DNA of 32,000 bases from Coprobacillaceae bacterium (GTDB taxonomy: Bacteria > Bacillota_I > Bacilli_A > Erysipelotrichales > Coprobacillaceae): assembly GCA_963675515.1 (NCBI GenBank), contig OY776328.1, positions 2,550,001-2,582,000 of the forward strand, in the 5' to 3' direction. Positions 29,518 through 32,000 of this stretch are shown here, piece by piece. Under the pieces are notes generated by a model that saw nothing but the letters and a program-made list of their open reading frames with translations, was not told the origin of the DNA and searched no databases. Positions within the stretch are counted from its first letter, which is position 1, and each line of letters opens with the position of its first letter. Both the position numbers and the translations under genes were made by a program.

Positions 29518-30328
29518 TAAAGATTTATTATTATTTTAATAAAATTTTAATGACATAATATTAATTAAATGAAGCAAACCCCAAAAAATAATAACCGCAG
29601 CCATAAAAAGCACCTTGGTCAGTGGATATGAAATGACTGATAATAACCGGATCGAACCGGCCAGGCGATATGGTTTTTTTCCATTACAAAGCAATTATTT
29701 GTGATTATGGTTGTTTTTTCGGTTGGAGGGCTGGTATGTCAACTCTTTAGGATCGATGGCGGTGGTGACCGATGTCTCCTCCTTGATATTCCCATTTGAT
29801 ATTGCTTATGATTAAGAATTTGAAAAGCCCAATCCGGTGTGCGAGATGATTCTTTCCGGCGGTAATCAATAATTCATTCAAAGATCATCCCGCGCAAATA
29901 AACAATTATTATGACTTTGCGTTCGCTTCAATTATCACCCCTTAGATGATTTGAATTTTTCAGAGAGTAAATCTTAGACAATTAACTCGTTGTCAATGGG
30001 TATGGTATTCAGTCCATGCGTTCAGGTAGCCTCAACGCATCTTCTACATTAATAATACAAAAAGTAGATTATGTAATACAAGTGATATTATAATAAAATT
30101 TGGATATCTGCTTTTTCTGTGGCCAGAGACGTTGAATGTATGGGATATAATGAAATACATCCACCAGTAAATACTGTGGCCAATGAATATGATCGCCTAG
30201 AAAGATATCAGGAACATAAATTCAATTACAAAAAAACTTGATAGCCTCGTCTTTACAAGGTTCAAGCCTCATAGTTCGCATTATTATTGGAATCTCCACA
30301 TTGCAGGAGTATGTCTTTGCCTAAATGT

Positions 30329-30348
30329 AAAAAAGAGCCTTGCGGCTC
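30329..30348 (-). terminator. intrinsic terminator of the flavodoxin-like gene
   Basis: The minus strand has GAGCC-GCAA-GGCTC followed by TTTTTT. The stem overlaps the TGA stop. Confidence 0.7.
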
Positions 30349-30772
30349 AGTAATAATCGCGGACAATATTCACCATATCTTCCAGATAAACCCTGGCGTC
30401 GTCAATCACATCTGTCTCAATCTCGTTTCGCTTGAACAGAGATTGCTTGAAGCAGTATTGCTGGCGCATCAGCGGAATATCGTATTTATATGCCAAATCG
30501 ACTGTGGATTTCAATTTCTTGCTGTTAAAATAATACCCGGTAATAAAAATCACATTCTTGACCTTGTAGCGACTTACCTTCTGGATAAATCGTTCCAGCT
30601 CTTTGTCCTTGCCAAAGCCATCCCCGAACGTGATGATCAAAAGGTCGATCTTTTCATCAAACTTGAAATCGGCCATTTTGCTTGCCCGGACATTCAAAAA
30701 ACGGGCCAATTCGTTAGCGATAGTTTCTATATACGGCGTTTTATGCGAGTAAACAATTTTTATGACCATCAT
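30347..30772 (-). CDS. flavodoxin-like-fold protein (141 aa), function unknown
   Basis: The MVIKIVYSHKTPYIETIANELA N-terminus has a flavodoxin-like beta-loop-helix layout but lacks the canonical S/T-x-T-G-x-T phosphate loop. GGAAGGTGG SD is present, and the second ATG (30769) has the better spacing. Confidence 0.4.
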   Translation of the reverse strand: MMVIKIVYSHKTPYIETIANELARFLNVRASKMADFKFDEKIDLLIITFGDGFGKDKELERFIQKVSRYKVKNVIFITGYYFNSKKLKSTVDLAYKYDIPLMRQQYCFKQSLFKRNEIETDVIDDARVYLEDMVNIVRDYY

Positions 30773-30843
30773 ACCACCTTCCCATAAACATAATATTACA
30801 CGATTATGAACTAAAAATTAAGTACTTTTGTAATTTTTGATTG

Positions 30844-30872
30844 TTGTCAAGGGCTAAAAAGTTTGTTATTAT
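30844..30872 (+). promoter_or_regulatory. sigma-A-type promoter of the phosphofructokinase gene
   Basis: TTGTCA (30844-49), a 17-nt spacer, then TATTAT (30867-72). AAGGAG at 30886-91 lies 6 nt before the ATG. Confidence 0.55.
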
Positions 30873-30897
30873 GCTTATGAATGATAAGGAGATTTTT

Positions 30898-32000
30898 ATG
30901 AATAAAAGAAATTGTATTATCGGCCAGTCGGGCGGTCCGACTGTCGCCATCAACGCGACATTAGCCGGCATCATATCCAAAGCCAAGCTCTCGGGCGAAT
31001 ATGAAAACATTTACGGGATGATCAATGGAATCCAGGGGTTGATCGAGAGGCGTATCATCAACTTGCTCGATGAATTCGCAACTGACAACCAGATCGACTG
31101 TCTCAAGACGACTCCGGCCATGTATCTAGGATCATGCCGCTTCAAGTTGGAAGACCATACCAAAGATGACAGCCAGTTCCAAAAAATCTTCCTGATCCTG
31201 CAGGAACTCAACATCACCGATTTCTTCTATATCGGGGGCAACGACTCGATGGATACAGTCATGAAACTCAACCGCTACGCCAAGTTCATCGGTGTTGCCA
31301 TCAACTTCATCGGATTGCCAAAGACAATCGACAACGACCTTTTTGGCACCGACCACACCCCGGGATTCGGCTCGGCAGCCAAATACGTGGCCAGCTCGAT
31401 GCTCGAAGTCGTCCATGACAGTTCCATCTATGACCTTCCATCGATCACGATTGTCGAAGTGATGGGCCGCAATGCCGGCTGGCTTACAGCTTCAAGCGCC
31501 CTGAGCCGCAATGAATACAATGGTGCTCCGGATCTGATCTATTTGCCTGAGGTTGAATTCGACAAGGACCGTTTTTTATCCGACATCGAGAACGTGATGA
31601 AACAAAAGCGTTTCGTTGTCGTTGCCGTTTCCGAAGGGATCCGCGATGAAGATGGCAATTATCTCGATGCCGACAGCCGCTATGTCAAAAAGGACGCCTT
31701 TGGCCACATCCTCCATTCGGGGACCGGAAAGGTCCTGGAAACCCTGGTCTACAACCGGTTCCACTGCAAAGTCCGGTCAATCGAACTCAATGTCCTGCAA
31801 CGCTGCGCGATGCACATCGCATCAAAGTGCGACCTTGACGAATCTTTCAACTGCGGGATGCACGCCATCGAGTGCGCCTTGAACAATCTCAGCGGCCAGG
31901 TCGTTTCCATGAAAAGAGTTTCCAACAACCCATACACGATCGAATACATCCATAACGATGTTGAAAATGTGGCTAACCTGGAACAGAAAATGCCACGTCA
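30898..32000 (+). CDS. pfp: 6-phosphofructokinase with PPi-dependent-type signature, 5' 367 codons (continues past the window end)
   Basis: Own translation: MNKRNCIIGQSGGPTVAINATLAGII...FYIGGNDSMDT...GLPKTIDNDLFGTDHTPGFGSA...EVMGRNAGWL. These are PFK family motifs. Asp at the E. coli G104 position and Lys at the G124 position are present. It is absent from the ORF track because there is no stop in the window. Confidence 0.85.
   Translation, partial: MNKRNCIIGQSGGPTVAINATLAGIISKAKLSGEYENIYGMINGIQGLIERRIINLLDEFATDNQIDCLKTTPAMYLGSCRFKLEDHTKDDSQFQKIFLILQELNITDFFYIGGNDSMDTVMKLNRYAKFIGVAINFIGLPKTIDNDLFGTDHTPGFGSAAKYVASSMLEVVHDSSIYDLPSITIVEVMGRNAGWLTASSALSRNEYNGAPDLIYLPEVEFDKDRFLSDIENVMKQKRFVVVAVSEGIRDEDGNYLDADSRYVKKDAFGHILHSGTGKVLETLVYNRFHCKVRSIELNVLQRCAMHIASKCDLDESFNCGMHAIECALNNLSGQVVSMKRVSNNPYTIEYIHNDVENVANLEQKMPR

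Noticed and set aside
29539-29555. TGTCATTAAAATTTTAT (minus strand) as a TnrA/GlnR box upstream of the PII-amt promoter
   Set aside because: Only the left half-site TGTNA matches. The right half reads TTTAT instead of TNACA.
29647-29660. CCGGATCGAACCGG resembling a tRNA T-arm (GGTTCGAA-like)
   Set aside because: The loop is 6 nt, not 7. No complementary acceptor stem, D-arm or anticodon arm can be built from the flanks, and the best candidate span is only about 58 nt.
30027-30038. GGTAGCCTCAAC resembling the IS6 IR GGTAGTGTCAAA, as a possible solo IR
   Set aside because: Only 9 of 12 positions match and there is no partner repeat or duplication. This is compatible with chance.

Overview
The window reads as a Bacillota chromosome segment (Bacilli/Erysipelotrichia-like synteny, standard code with TGA as stop). 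It splits into three parts. (1) 1-7189 is a visibly AT-rich accessory stretch. It holds a VanZ-like gene fragment, two complete but unrelated insertion sequences, and between them six small co-oriented genes: membrane-anchored, zinc-ribbon and GNAT proteins. The first IS is IS6-family (443-2120, 8-bp target duplication). The second is IS4/IS1634-type (5481-7184, 5-bp target duplication). (2) 7204-27345 is GC-richer, tightly packed, almost entirely minus-strand housekeeping DNA: rlmCD, an orphan membrane protein, gatBAC, camS, ligA, pcrA, pyrDKCB, coaD, rsmD, a YlbF-like protein, a SEDS protein, a UPF0223 protein, an FtsX-type ABC transporter and divergent def. (3) 27424-32000 holds a Dabb protein, a PII-amt nitrogen pair, an ~0.8-kb stretch with no ORF of 60 aa or more, a flavodoxin-like protein and the 5' part of a phosphofructokinase with the PPi-type residue signature. 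I found no rRNA, tRNA or CRISPR array, and no recognisable defence, toxin or secretion system. The points most worth a second look are a repeated 10-mer architecture inside the IS1634-like element, the IS-bracketed islet of unknowns, the ORF-free region upstream of the PII gene, and pyrBCKD embedded in a housekeeping operon without a PyrR-type leader. All family calls rest on motifs read by eye and on gene order, since no database search was possible. Many ORF-track starts were trimmed to the first start codon with a Shine-Dalgarno sequence.
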